From: Takakia lepidozioides
Lineage: Eukaryota; Plantae; Bryophyta
Direction of reading: 5' to 3'
DNA: 64,000 bases
NCBI GenBank assembly: GCA_030704615.1
Contig: CM060732.1
Span: 23,126,001-23,190,000, forward strand
The notes under the pieces: generated by a model
Databases searched by the model: none
Told to the model about the DNA's origin: nothing
Seen by the model: only the letters and a program-made list of their open reading frames with translations
Shown here: one piece after another, positions 36,141 through 47,942 of the stretch
Position numbering within the stretch: position 1 is the first letter of the stretch
Layout: each line of letters opens with the position of its first letter
Position numbers and translations under genes: made by a program

Positions 36141-36522
36141 AGTGTACATTGATGATATTAATGTTTATTCTATCACCTTTGATGCTCACCTGCTTGATTT
36201 ACAACGGGTTGTGTGCAAACTCCGTGCTGCAGGCCTCAGACTGACTAGTGCGAATTTTGCATGGAGCAGCTGCATTTTCTTGGGCATTTACTGTCTGCAG
36301 CAGGCATTAAACCCGATCCTTGAAAAATCCAAGCTGTGTGGGATTACCCTGTCCCTAAGGATAAGCATTGCGTCAAGGCCTTCCTTGGCTTAGACTCATA
36401 TTATCGTCGTTTTATCTTTCAATTTGTCAAAATCGCTGCCCCTTTGACTCGTCTTCTGTCCAAAGATGTCCGATTCCTCTATGGCAAGGCTGAACACTCT
36501 GCCTTTGAGAAGTTGAAAAGGA

Positions 36523-36586
36523 GTGTTCGACAGGATGACTGAACGAAATGTGGTGTCGTGGAATTCAATGATCGCAGGATATGCCC
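36523..36586 (+). pseudogene. ~64-bp PPR-gene filler at a gypsy deletion junction
   Basis: VFDRMTERNVVSWNSMIAGYA lies between RT-connection sequence (AFEKLK) and integrase C-terminal sequence (NIRFAQASQAKHYN). Confidence 0.85.
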
Positions 36587-39429
36587 TTTTGCTTTCCATG
36601 GATACCAAACGTCGTCAGTTACGAGAAACGGTCAAGTCTAATATTCGCTTTGCTCAAGCCTCCCAGGCTAAGCATTACAATCGCAAGGTGGTATATTTTG
36701 AATCCTTCAAAGTTGGGCAATCAGTTTGTGTCCATCTTCAGGCTGGTAAGCAACTCTCAAAAGCTAAGAAGCGCATTGATGGCCCTTACCTTATCACTGA
36801 CATTTTACCTGGTAGATAGTACGTTCTTCTTCAACAGCATGCCTCTACTCCTCATTTGGCTAGTTCAATTCATGTATCTCTCTTAGTTCCCTGCAGTCTA
36901 ACGTTTGACTTGACATGTTTGAATGTGGAAAATTGACAGGTGATTTACACCCCTACTAGGGTTGCCCTCTCCCGCTTACAATCAGCTGCCTCATACTCTT
37001 AGTTAGTGTTTTTCTTTTTTTTTCGTGATAGCTTATGGCATCACCTTGATCCACTCATGGGTTTTTTCCAATCAGATCTTTTATCTTTCGCCCAACTTGC
37101 AGCGACAAGGTTTTGTTCTACTGGTTTTTTTCATCCCATGGGTGTCGGATGCCTAGCCTTGTCATAGCTTTTTTAGTACCCCTGTCTTCTTCTCTCTCAG
37201 CTTGCAGGAGCTCGCTCTCATTTGAGGGGCCAGCAAGCTTCACATATGTGAGGGTTGGATTCCTCCCCACCTTACTTTTGGACTGGATGAATGATCTGGA
37301 TGAATGATCCAAGGATGGAGCCGTATGAGCTATGACGTTTCCACGCTAGCATGAGCTGTCACAGCTAAGCCATATAAAGTTAAGCTTGTCTTTTAGTTAA
37401 CAACTAGTTTAGGATCAGGGTTATCCTATGTGGCCACTTATGTGTGATGGCAGTAGTTCGTAATCTGGCTGGCCAATGGCAGCACAGACACCTGTATTCA
37501 TGATTAGCCGATTGGCACCTTGGGTCTCTCAGGTGGTGGTTGGTTTTGGATCTCATGAGTTGTACGAGCTGATTGTGAGAAAGATTGCATGTGGTTGGAT
37601 GAAAAGTAGTGATTGTGTGTAACGCTTGAACAGATTCTTTCCTGTCTAGCGAGCGCTGCCCTGTAGAGCATACAACCCCGGTATAGGTAATTCCCCGGGA
37701 TAGAGAGGAATAATCGCACGGCCCCGGAATCAAAGCTTCACAACGCTCTTAATGAGATTAAACCATCTTGAGAAGGATTTGACAATAGAAGTTTTGTGCA
37801 AGTGACAGGTAGGGTTTGGCTAACTCTGGCCAAAGCGGGAGTAAGAGCCACTTCACCTTGCAGCTACTATCACTGTCGGGAGTGGGCCATATCATGCAAC
37901 TAATAATTGTTTTTTTAATCTTGTAATTGAAGAGCATGCAAAATGGGATGCAATAGCAACGAAGAAAAAGATAGGGTGACATTGTCAATTGAGGGGGCTG
38001 GGCATAAAAATAGGAATGCACAATTGTCTGATGGAATATAGGTGGGAAAGTGGACACCTTTATGACATCCACAATGAGGTTTGAGTCCACAACCACTAGT
38101 GAGGCAGCTTGTGCCCTTATGACAATGCTTGTTAACACACTCAAGCCAAAAACTTGTTGTGGCATTGACTGCCCATGTATTGGTCTTATTTGCTGGCCTA
38201 GCCACACATGGCAAAAGGCCCCGTCCGGAGGACGCACAATGGCTGAACGCAGGCCCTGGGACGTTGCTAGATGGCAGCTGGGTTGGGACCACACTGTCTG
38301 CCGTCCCCAATGCGTCGAGTAGGTGGCAAACTATGAGTGAGTGAGATCTCGTGTAATCCAACGGCCCACAAGCCACGTCAAAATGACACAGGATGCGTGG
38401 ACGTCGCCGATTTGGTGCGCGCTTCCCGGAATGTGCGTTCAACTGCGTTAGGCTGCATAACGCAGTTCTCCTCGCGACTCTGAACTCGGTTGCCTGGACG
38501 CAGAGGCGCCAGCCTAGGGACGGTCTGACATCCCTGCTCGTTGAGCTCCCGCGTTACAGGAGCTGCGTTCCGCGGACGCATTTGCCATGTGTGGCCCTGG
38601 TATGAATGGTAAGACGTCTAGTTTAAGTGTGGATGATAGATTTGGAGGTCCAAAAATACTATAGTTGAACAAGCCTATAACGGCCATGGGCTCTCTTGCT
38701 TTGGCAAAACATAATCTTGAGGAAGGTGAGAGGAAGAGGCATGACTCAGCACAACACACCAATCGGAGCCTTGACACGGTGTAAGGTCCTTTGACCATAT
38801 TTTCTCCATTGACTTGAACATGTTGCAAGCAAAGTCTCTCTCTGCAAGAAAGCCAACAAAGGGAAAGAGACCAGTGTTGAGCGAAATATTGCCACAACCA
38901 ACTCACGAGAGAGATACGCGACAACATGGTTGGCAAGTCGGCCCTCTCACAATCATTACAATTGGCGTTCGAAGTTGGATACCCACCCAAAACATGGGAT
39001 GTTTCCATGAATCATCTCCGCTTACCAAACAATGTACCTTCTACTTAAAAAATTTCACGTTATCGCCATCATCACCAATAAACGCAAACTTGAGAACAAC
39101 CATTCAACCATCCAAAACCTTTTTATTTGATGACTCATAGGGCCCACCCCTAAGAAAAAGGTGAAGGTGATGCCTTGACTCAAGTAGGGCCCAAGTCTCA
39201 CTGGACATTAAAGAAATTTTATCTTATCTTATCTTTTGAGCCACTACATGTATTACCCGGATAAAGTCGATAATAGTAATAATCATACCTTCATCATTTT
39301 TTTATTGCGTCACTCTAAGCAATACTTAGAGTCGGTAGACCAACTGAAAGGGCAAGTGTTTCGTAGCAATTTTATAGGACGTTCAGTAAATCCATAAGGC
39401 CGTAGGTAGTGCTACGAACAATACCCGTT

Positions 39430-39833
39430 GGAGGTTGGGTAGCGCGTGAGCATGCTCAGGCCGGCATGAGCACGCCCATGTGAGGAGAAGGGCATATTCC
39501 ACGAATTTTTGCAAAATTTCCGTGAAATTTTCGCAGAGAAATGAAATTGGCGAAACTAACAGTTACGTGAAACTAACACATAGAGGTCAAGTAGCCCCTA
39601 TACCTGATGAATATGTTATCCTATAGGCGTGGCTTTTCCTCAATGCGAAACTCACCGCTGCTTAGGTTTGTGCCCATAGCACATATAATTTTCAATGCGA
39701 AATTCACCTAAACTATCATTTCTCAGTGCGAAATTCAGTTTGTGCCCATAGCACATATAATTTCTCAATGCAAAATTCACCCAAATTATGCCTTTGTGCT
39801 CACGTGAGCATGCTCACGCACTACCCAACCTCC
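39430..39833. mobile_element. MITE-like element
   Basis: 29-bp inverted repeat GGAGGTTGGGTAG(C/T)GCGTGAGCATGCTCA, with an internal short duplication. No TSD confirmed. Confidence 0.65.
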
Positions 39834-40176
39834 CTTGTGGGTAGTACGTTGTTGACTGGCGGTGCGTCACCATGAACTCCTCTCTGAGGTTCGTACAAGA
39901 ATTTTGCTGTGTTGGCTGCCGATTTTTAAATTTGATCTAAATAATTTTATTTTTTGGTTTATGGCTTTAAGCATACTTAATTTACTTCACTCTTTTTAAA
40001 ATTGTTTCTATGAGTATGGAGAACTAGATGAATTTCAGAAATTTGAACTAAGAACTTAGTATTCTAATAATTTTTATTAAAACAAAAATACTCAAAAATA
40101 AATTTTAAATTTGTTAGTGAAACGAAATAAAACTGTGTAACTTGAAAGTATAAATATGATTAAATTATCTCTAAAC

Positions 40177-40663
40177 CAGTGTTGGACTGGTATCAAGTTT
40201 TTTACATACCAGCCTTGTCCTGGTACTAGACATATCACAAAACTTTCATACCAGTCTGGTCTATATAATGGTGGATGTATTCTTTTCCAGATACTAGTAT
40301 GAGTATCATGACCACAATACCAACTGGTATGAGATATCAACTTTTGGTATCATTCCAAAGCCATCTTGAATGTTTCTCAAATAGCAAGCATCAAGTGAAT
40401 ACAAATAAAATATACATAAAGAAGTAAATATACATAAATACAAATATGTAGGCATATGTATATATAAATTAGTATAGTACACATGCCAAAATAAATGAGA
40501 AAGACGGCGGGGGAGTATTGGTATTGTGGCTGGTATGAAAGAACTGATACCAGCATGGTCTGGTATATGATCAAGTATTTTTCCAAATGATACCAAACTG
40601 GTCTGACCAGTGCATATACCAGTATATATACCAATCCTTCACCTATATACCAGTCCAACACTG
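40177..40663. mobile_element. hAT-type MITE
   Basis: 17-bp TIR CAGTGTTGGACTGGTAT; 8-bp TSD CTCTA(A/G)AC; ATACCAG/CTGGTAT subterminal repeats. Confidence 0.88.
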
Positions 40664-40894
40664 CTCTAGACCTAGTTGCTTAAGGTATGTACAATTTGAT
40701 TCAAAGCGTCACATTATGAAATATTGAACCCAGCATTTGATGCAACCTACTAGGGTACAAGAGCAACCAACTATAGCTCGCATGTGAGGTTAGGGGCCCA
40801 CCACAGAAGCAACCGTCTATAAATAAATAAATATAGATGCCTCCAGAAGGGAGCGTAAATTATGGTGTCTCTTCACCACAAGGGCTACTGCCTT

Positions 40895-41015
40895 CCAGCT
40901 GAAAGTGGACACCTTCATGACACACCAGACCGCGGTTTGAACCCACAACCACATCCAACGTGGTATGTGCCAGCTATACCTCATGTACAAGGTTTTGCCA
41001 ATGAGCCACCACAGT
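40895..41015 (-). mobile_element. Possible tRNA-derived SINE head (related copy at ~38046-38140)
   Basis: The minus strand has A-box-like TGGCTCATTGG and B-box-like GGTTCAAACC. The block gaaagtggacacctt.atgaca...ggtttga..ccacaaccac is shared with 38046. Confidence 0.4.
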
Positions 41016-41278
41016 TTTATGTGGACTGTCGGAACTAGAACCGGAACCTGACTCTGTTGAAAACCGTTTCAGGCGGTTCTAAGCACGTGCCTCCCACCAG
41101 GAAACCGCCGGTTCGGATTCTTACCCTAACTGCAGAAGTTGGGGCCGGTTCTGACCTCTGAGGATAATTAAGTCTACCACGGATCTCACAGTAAAGCGGG
41201 CAGGAAAAGAAGAAGTGAAAAGAAATAGCAAAAGAGAGAATGGAGGTACTCTCTTTGGGGCAGTTCCTGCAAATTTAA

Positions 41279-41677
41279 GAGCATCCCCACCCTTGAGCCC
41301 AAAAGACTCCCTGTAACGCCAAAGATAGCGTGATTGATTCAAGGCATGTTGGGTTCTGTGGCGTGGCAGCCCCGACTCACGCACACCCTGGCTCCTGAAT
41401 CACCCACGCTATCCTCTGCCAGCTCGGCTCACCCGTTCCCGCCGTCGCCCTGCTGGATGGTCCTTCGCTATGCCCATCGATTGCTGCAACTGGAGTTCCA
41501 GTACGCTTCACAATTCTCCCTTGTAGGCGGCTCAATACTCCCCTTGCATTAGGGGTCACACTAGAGGTACAATGGTGGACTAGAGGCAAGAATATAATGA
41601 TAGAATACAAGCTGAGATTAGGGCAGAACTTGAAGAAGATGACGAAGAAGATTTCTTCACGAATATGCTGATGGGTG

Positions 41678-41708
<31 letters not shown>

Positions 41709-42690
41709 CCTGAGCATGAGCCCAAGCATAGAGGCGGATCTCGACCTGGCAAGGCACCCAATGTTGATAGAGATAGGCAAGCTGGCCATGAGAGGATGTA
41801 TTTAGATTATTTCTTTCCATCACATGTATATGATGACCGAGCTTTCAGGCGGCGGTACAGGATGCGAAGGGGGTTATTTGTGAAGATTATAGACAGAATT
41901 GTTGCCTACGATCCTTATTTAAAGCAGAGGGTTCATGGGTGTGGAGTCATGGGTTTATCAAGCATTCAGAAACGCACAGCTGCTTTGCGAATGCTTGCCT
42001 ATGGTGTCACTGCTGATACCACGGATGAGTATTGCCGACTAAGTGAGACCACAGCTATGCAGTCCATGAAGAGATTTGAGGCTGGAGTTTGTGCTTGCTT
42101 TGAGGCCGAGTACCTATGCCAGCCCACAGCGAGTGACATTGCTCAACAAATGAAGATCAATAGTGAAAGAGGCTTCAATGCTATGTTTGCTTCCATTGAT
42201 TGCGTGCATTATCAATGGAAGAATTTCCCTGTGGCATGGCAAAGTCAGTATCAGGATAAAGATGGCAATAGAAGCATCATCCTTGAGGCTATAACTTCAT
42301 AATACTTGTGGATATGGCATGCTTTCTTTGGATTGTCTTGGGGCAATAATGATGTCAATGTGCTTGATTGATCTCCTTTAGTTGCGGATTTATTGAGGGG
42401 TACTACACAAGATGTCACCTTCGCTATCAACGGCAATGTGTATCCTCGGTATTATTTACTTGCAGATCGTATCTACCCGGCTTGGTCATGTTTTGTCTAA
42501 ACAATCCATGAGCCTCAAGATGAAAAGAGGCGACACTTTGTCATGCTTCAAGAGTCTGCTCGAAAGGATGTAGAGAGGTGTTTTGGTGTTTTGCATAGCA
42601 GGTTTGCCATCGTACAGAACCCCTGTAGACGGTGGGATCTATACACTATTACATACATTACGATTGTATGTGTTTTGGTGTTTTGGTGTT
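41279..42690 (+). mobile_element. PIF/Harbinger transposon remnant with transposase pseudogene (~41796-42680)
   Basis: Starts TAA|GAGCATCCCCA. Motifs FRRRYRMRRGLF, SIDCVHYQWKN, IILEA, WIWHAFFG, NND, YLLAD.IYP, RKDVERCFGVL. Right end missing. Confidence 0.9.
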
Positions 42691-42939
42691 TTGCTTATCA
42701 GGATTCAGCAAACACGGCCAAAGATTTCAGTGTTTTGACATGGACTGCCTTAGGGTGTGATAACGTACAAGATTACAGATTGGTTATGATTTCATGACCG
42801 TAGCTATGGCGTGAGCCCAGGAGCCCGGCTCACGCTTTGCCCTCTAAGCGTGAGCCCAGGGGTTTAGTGGAGGAAGAAGCAGGCCCTATACCCGAGTCCT
42901 CTGTTTAAAGAGGGTCCTATTGTCGTGGAAGCAGTTATA

Positions 42940-44700
42940 GCACTTAAAAAAAGAGGTATAGAAAGAATGGAATGATCATTGTGAAACTTACTGAGGTTTT
43001 CTTATTGAAGAAGAGGTGAAAAAAAAAGGTTGGGTGAGTCATCATGAATCTTACTTAGGGATTCTTGCATGAACAAGAGGCAAGAAAAGTTTGGATGCTC
43101 ATTGTCAAGCTATCTGATGTTTCCAGTATTTCATCCATGGTGGATGGATGATGGATGGATGAAATATTGAAGGAGAGGTTAAAAATAATGAGGATGGGCA
43201 AGAACAGGCCCCAAAATATGACCTCATTGTGAAACAGGCAATGGTTTTTGTTAATGTAGATGAGGTGAAAATTAAACAGATGGTCATCTTCAAGCTTATT
43301 TAGGCTTTGTTTGTGAAGAAGATGTGTAACAAAATGAGTGGTTTATTGTAGAACTTGTTCAGGTTTGTGTCATTGAAGATGAGGTGAAAAGAAAACACAT
43401 GGTCATTGTGAATGCTTATTTAAGGTTTCTTTGTGAAGAAGAGGTAAAAAAAAACATTGAGCTATCCTTGTGAAACTTGTTTAGGATTCTGTTATTGAAA
43501 AAGAGGTGAAAAAAAATCAGATGGTCATCATGAAGGCTTATTTAGGGTTTGTTTGTGAAGAAGAGGTGAAAAAAAAAATTAAGCTCTATCATTGTCAAAC
43601 TTGTTCAGGTTTCTGTTATTGAAGAAGAGGTGAAAAAAGAAATCAGATGGTCATTATGAATGTTTATTTAAGGTTTGTTTGTGAAGAAGAGGTGAAAAAA
43701 TTGAGCTCTCATTCTCAAACTTGTTAAGGTTTCTGTTATTGAAGAAGAGGTGAAAAAAATATCAGATGGTCATCATGAATGCTTATTTAGGGTTTGTTTG
43801 TGAAGAAGAGGTGAAAAAAAAACTTGAGCTCTATCATTGTCAAACTTGTTAAGGTTTCTGTTATTGAAGAAGAGGTGAAAAAAAACCAGATGGTCATCAT
43901 GAATGCTTATTTAGGGTTTGTTTGTGAAGAAGAGATGAAAAAAATTGAGTTGTATCATTGTCAATCTTGTTCAGGTTTCTCTTGTTGAAAAAGAGGTGAA
44001 AAAAAAATCAGATGGTCATCATGAATAAATTAGGGATTGTTTGTGAAGAAGAGGTGAAAAAAAAACTTGAGCTCTATCATTGTCAAACTTCTTCAGATTT
44101 CTGCTATTGAAAAAGAGGTGAAAAAAAAAACCAGATGGTCATCATGAATGCTTATTTAGGGTTTGTTTGTGAAGAAGAGGTGAAAAAAATTGAGCTGTAT
44201 CATTGTCAATCTTGTTCAGGTTTCTGTTGTTGAAAAAGAGGTGAAAAAAAAATCAGATGGTCATCATGAATAAATTAGGGATTTTTTGTGAAGAAGAGGT
44301 GAAAAAAAAACCAGATGGTCATCATGAATGTTTATTTAGGGTTTGTTTGTGAAGAAGAGGTGAAAAAAATTGAGCTGTATTATTGTCAATCTTGTTCAGG
44401 TTTCTGTTGTTGAAAAAGAGGTGAAAAAAAAATCAGATGTCATCATGAATAAATTAGGGTTTGTTTGTGAAGAAGAGGTGAAAAAAAAACTTGCGCTCTG
44501 TCATTGTCAAACTTGTTCAGGTTTCTGTTATTGAAGAAGAGGTGAAAAAAAAAATCATATGGTCATCATGAATGCTTATTTAGGGTTTGTTTGTATAGAG
44601 GACGTGGAAAACAAATGAGCTGTCATTGTGAAACTTGTTCAGGTGCCTGTTATTCAAGAAGAAGTGGAAAAAAAAACAGATGATCATCATGAAGCTCATT
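42940..44700 (-). repeat. Expanded ~124-bp tandem repeat of MULE copy 2
   Basis: GGTCATCATG-like anchors recur about 12 times between ~43400 and ~44690. Confidence 0.9.
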
Positions 44701-44799
44701 TACGCAATGCTTCTGTAGAGGCCGTGAAAAAATAAAATAAGCTTTCATACTGACACTTGTCCATGTTTGGCAGGCCCGCGAACAAAAAAAAGACATTTT

Positions 44800-45610
44800 T
44801 TATGCAAGCTCCTCAGAGACCACATCTTGATGTTGCAAAGCATATCTTCCGGTACCTCGAAGGAACACAAGATTTGGAAGTCTTGTACCGAAAGGGAGTA
44901 TCTGAACCCAGTATACTCGGTTATGTCGACACAGACTACGCTGGGGACCTTGTTGAGTGCAAGTCAACCTCTGGGTATGTTTTCACTTTGGGAAATGGCC
45001 CTATCTCATATGTGGCCAAATCATCCACCGGAGCAAAATACATGGCGTTATCTAAAGCAACATGCGAAGCAGTGTGGCTCCGAAGATTACTGAATGAAAT
45101 ACAGGTGAGAGACAATGCACCCATGCTCATCCAATGCGATAATCAAAGCTCCATAAAGATGGCACTCAACCCTGTTTTCCCTCACGACTGGACGAAGCAT
45201 AGACGTGGCACACCACTTCATCAGAGAAACTCATAAGGATGGGAAGGCTGAACTTGCTTACATACCCAGCAAAGACCAAATCGCTGACATCCTCACCAAG
45301 CCACTGGGGCGAGTTTAATTTCAACGATTGCGAGACAAACTCAATCTCGTGGACCTATCGGAGCTTGAAATGAGTTAATCATCATTCCTAGGTACGATGA
45401 TGCTGTACATGTCTGCACCTCTGCCAATTCGTGTAAAATTCCAAAGGCCATGAGCACCGTCCAAAGGAGGAGCATGTGGGACTCCCATGTAGATAACAAT
45501 TGTGCCTAAAATTTGTACATGTACCTCCTGTAGCGATCCATTTTTACTGAGATATCCAGAAAGGGACTAATCTTTTGTCGCGGCCCTTTGCCTTGAGGGC
45601 AGGGGGTCGG
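44800..45610 (+). mobile_element. Ty1/copia RT-end/RNaseH fragment inserted in MULE copy 2
   Basis: Motifs HLDVAKHIFRYL, GYVDTDYAG, STSGYVF, CDNQS, ADILTKPL; ends at a PPT-like TTGAGGGCAGGGGG. Absent from copy 1. Confidence 0.88.
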
Positions 45611-47942
45611 GATTTTTTTTTATTTTTTTTTCCGGGGCAATGTTGGGGGTGGGGGCAGAAGTGGTGTGCGTTGACGCACACAATTTTAGAGGCTCGTAAA
45701 CCAAACCCGATGAAAAAATAAACTACCTTTCATAACGAGACATCATCTACTTGTCCAGATTTAAGAACTGTGTATACATGTTCTACAAACAAGGCAGCCC
45801 TTTCCGACATTGCGAAAAATCGCAACATATGCAACACTACTCGATATTGCCAATGTCTCGCTGCAAAAGTGTCCGTACCTCACCAGGACCAAGTGTCGTC
45901 TCGTGAATGATTTGGTCTCTTTTGGGATCACAATACATCCTGCGCAAAAAGATGTAGTAAAGATGCTTGCAGGGAACCCATTTCCCTCTCTTTCCTAGAG
46001 CTTCCTCACGCATGCACACGAAGTCGGGACAGGTACACCCCGGAAAATTTCCCACCATCACCTGATAGGCCCTGTCATGCAAAACAGACCCAGATGTGAC
46101 CAAAGTATAAACCCGTCCATACCCAGGTGAAGGTACTTCCATAGTTCATGTTACCCGAGCCTGAAGTAGTCTGGCCGATTCCACCTTCGCATCGTGATCA
46201 GGCCCCGAAGCCACCCGATGCACTGTTTTGCCATTCCTTCTCATGGGATGCGAAGTATCGTCTAGAGGAGGCACCATAGCAGCAAGGCCACCAAGAGTCG
46301 ACGCCACAGATCGGTGCAGACGAAAGTCGGCGTCCTCCAACTTGCCAATCTCCAGTGCTGTTAGGGAGGTTCCTACCCGCACTGGCCAAATGGTGGGTGG
46401 AGGAGGCTTAGCAATGCAGGAGTCGCGGACGGTACCATTCACACAGCGAGCCAAATCGTCCGGGCAGAACCAGAATTTGTGCGTCTTCGACTCCTTCGAC
46501 ATATATGGCCGAATCAAACCTGTGAACATCAGAGCTGGAGTACCCGCTAAGCCTTTGGCTATACTGGACTTACACTTTTCATAGCTAATGGCCCTCACTG
46601 CAGCGCAGCCAACTCTAGACCCTGGAGTAGTTCGCTTGATGTGCCATTCGGAATCAGCACAAGGTGACTCCTGCACTGCCCCCCTGTGGTCCTGCTGGAA
46701 ACCCGCAATTACAGGGGTTGCAAGTAGAGGACAGGTCTCTGTGGAAGAGGATGCACCAGCAACCTCTTTCCTACTGGATGCCATACTTTGTAGTGGAGAA
46801 ATCTTGGGTACAGAGAAGTTGTCTCTGTCGTGGCGATGTAAATCCCCATCTGATCCTGGAGGTGTATTTAGCTTGCGTTTGCAAGTCCCGAACCTTTCCT
46901 CTCCTTCCAGATGGGGCTCCTTTGATTAGAGAGGCGAGCCCATTGTGCACCTGGTCACTGCCTTTGCCATCTTCGTTGGATCCCCGGACCTTCTTGCAGC
47001 CCTCAGCATCAACTCTGTTGTATCTGGTCCCTTGCCCCCACATCTGGAAATCACGATATCTTGTTTGCTGGGTTAGAGCTCGTACCAGATCATCTGTTGT
47101 AGCAATGTACAGATCTCTTCATGCTTTGCCAGATTGTTGCTTCCAGGCGGCGTGAACGCTTTCTGCCAGGTAGCAGGACGACATGTCCGCAATGTCCTCA
47201 AGGGACATGTCCTGTGAAAAGAAAATGAAAGAGCGTCATTCATGCAAGCGCGGACCGTTCTGGGAACAAGGAAAGAAACTGGGCACATACAAGGGATTGC
47301 AGAGGTGAAAGGCAGCTTATAGTCATGAAAGCCCCCCATTGCCAGTATCTGAAGTGCCAGAAGACCAACCAGTCTTCCAATTCTTTGACACCGTCTTGAT
47401 CAGTAGCCCCTGACGAGAACCACCATGCTCTCACTGTCTGGTACCTGGTCTCAGCCTCTTCCATTGTAGTCGCATTCTTGTACATGAAGCAGAGCCTCAT
47501 GTGCTCCGCCTGCAGATCTCTTCTGATGCACCTCTTTGTATGTTTCTGCAGGGACTGAGTCCAGTGGAATAGACATGTGCGCTCCCTATTAGGCATGGGT
47601 ACCTTTGGATCACCAGATCCAAAAACTCGGCGCACATCGTTGAAGTTAGCCTATGCACTATCCGCTATAAACCCGTTGAAATTTATGCATGTATGTCCAT
47701 TGGACTCTATGATTGAAAGCAAACAATTCCACATTATTATCTGGGACTTTGTATCTTCAGACTGCATGTCATAGATGACGATCGAACATCATCCAGGCTT
47801 TCTCCAGATCCCCCCCTGGTTGCATACGTCTGGCCAGGTTGACGCCACTACCCTCGCCCACCGTAGACATCTTGAACAAGGAAACCTTTGAAGACCCCGG
47901 ACCCGGGAAGACGCTAGATTAGATAAAGTCATATTGACTTAT

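Larger units (their letters stand above)
28414..37732 (+). mobile_element. Ty3/gypsy LTR retrotransposon (extra ORF, gag, protease, dUTPase-like, RT; RNaseH and integrase largely deleted) with nested insertions
   Basis: LTR portion 28416-28658 is repeated at 37507-37732 and ends GAATCA. PBS TGGTGGAGATGGGGG at 28659. gag starts at 29754; protease CIIDTGCT; [36 protein letters not shown]. Confidence 0.9.
42799..47942 (-). mobile_element. MULE copy 2, 3' part (terminus, tandem repeat, transposase C-terminal half)
   Basis: Reverse complement of 24825-28413 with indels. The SWIM ORF 45837-46142 is near-identical to 26697-27002. Confidence 0.93.

Noticed and set aside
37750-39350. Several overlapping 60-180-aa ORFs
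   Set aside because: No recognisable motifs or splice structure; probably intergenic or decayed repeat.
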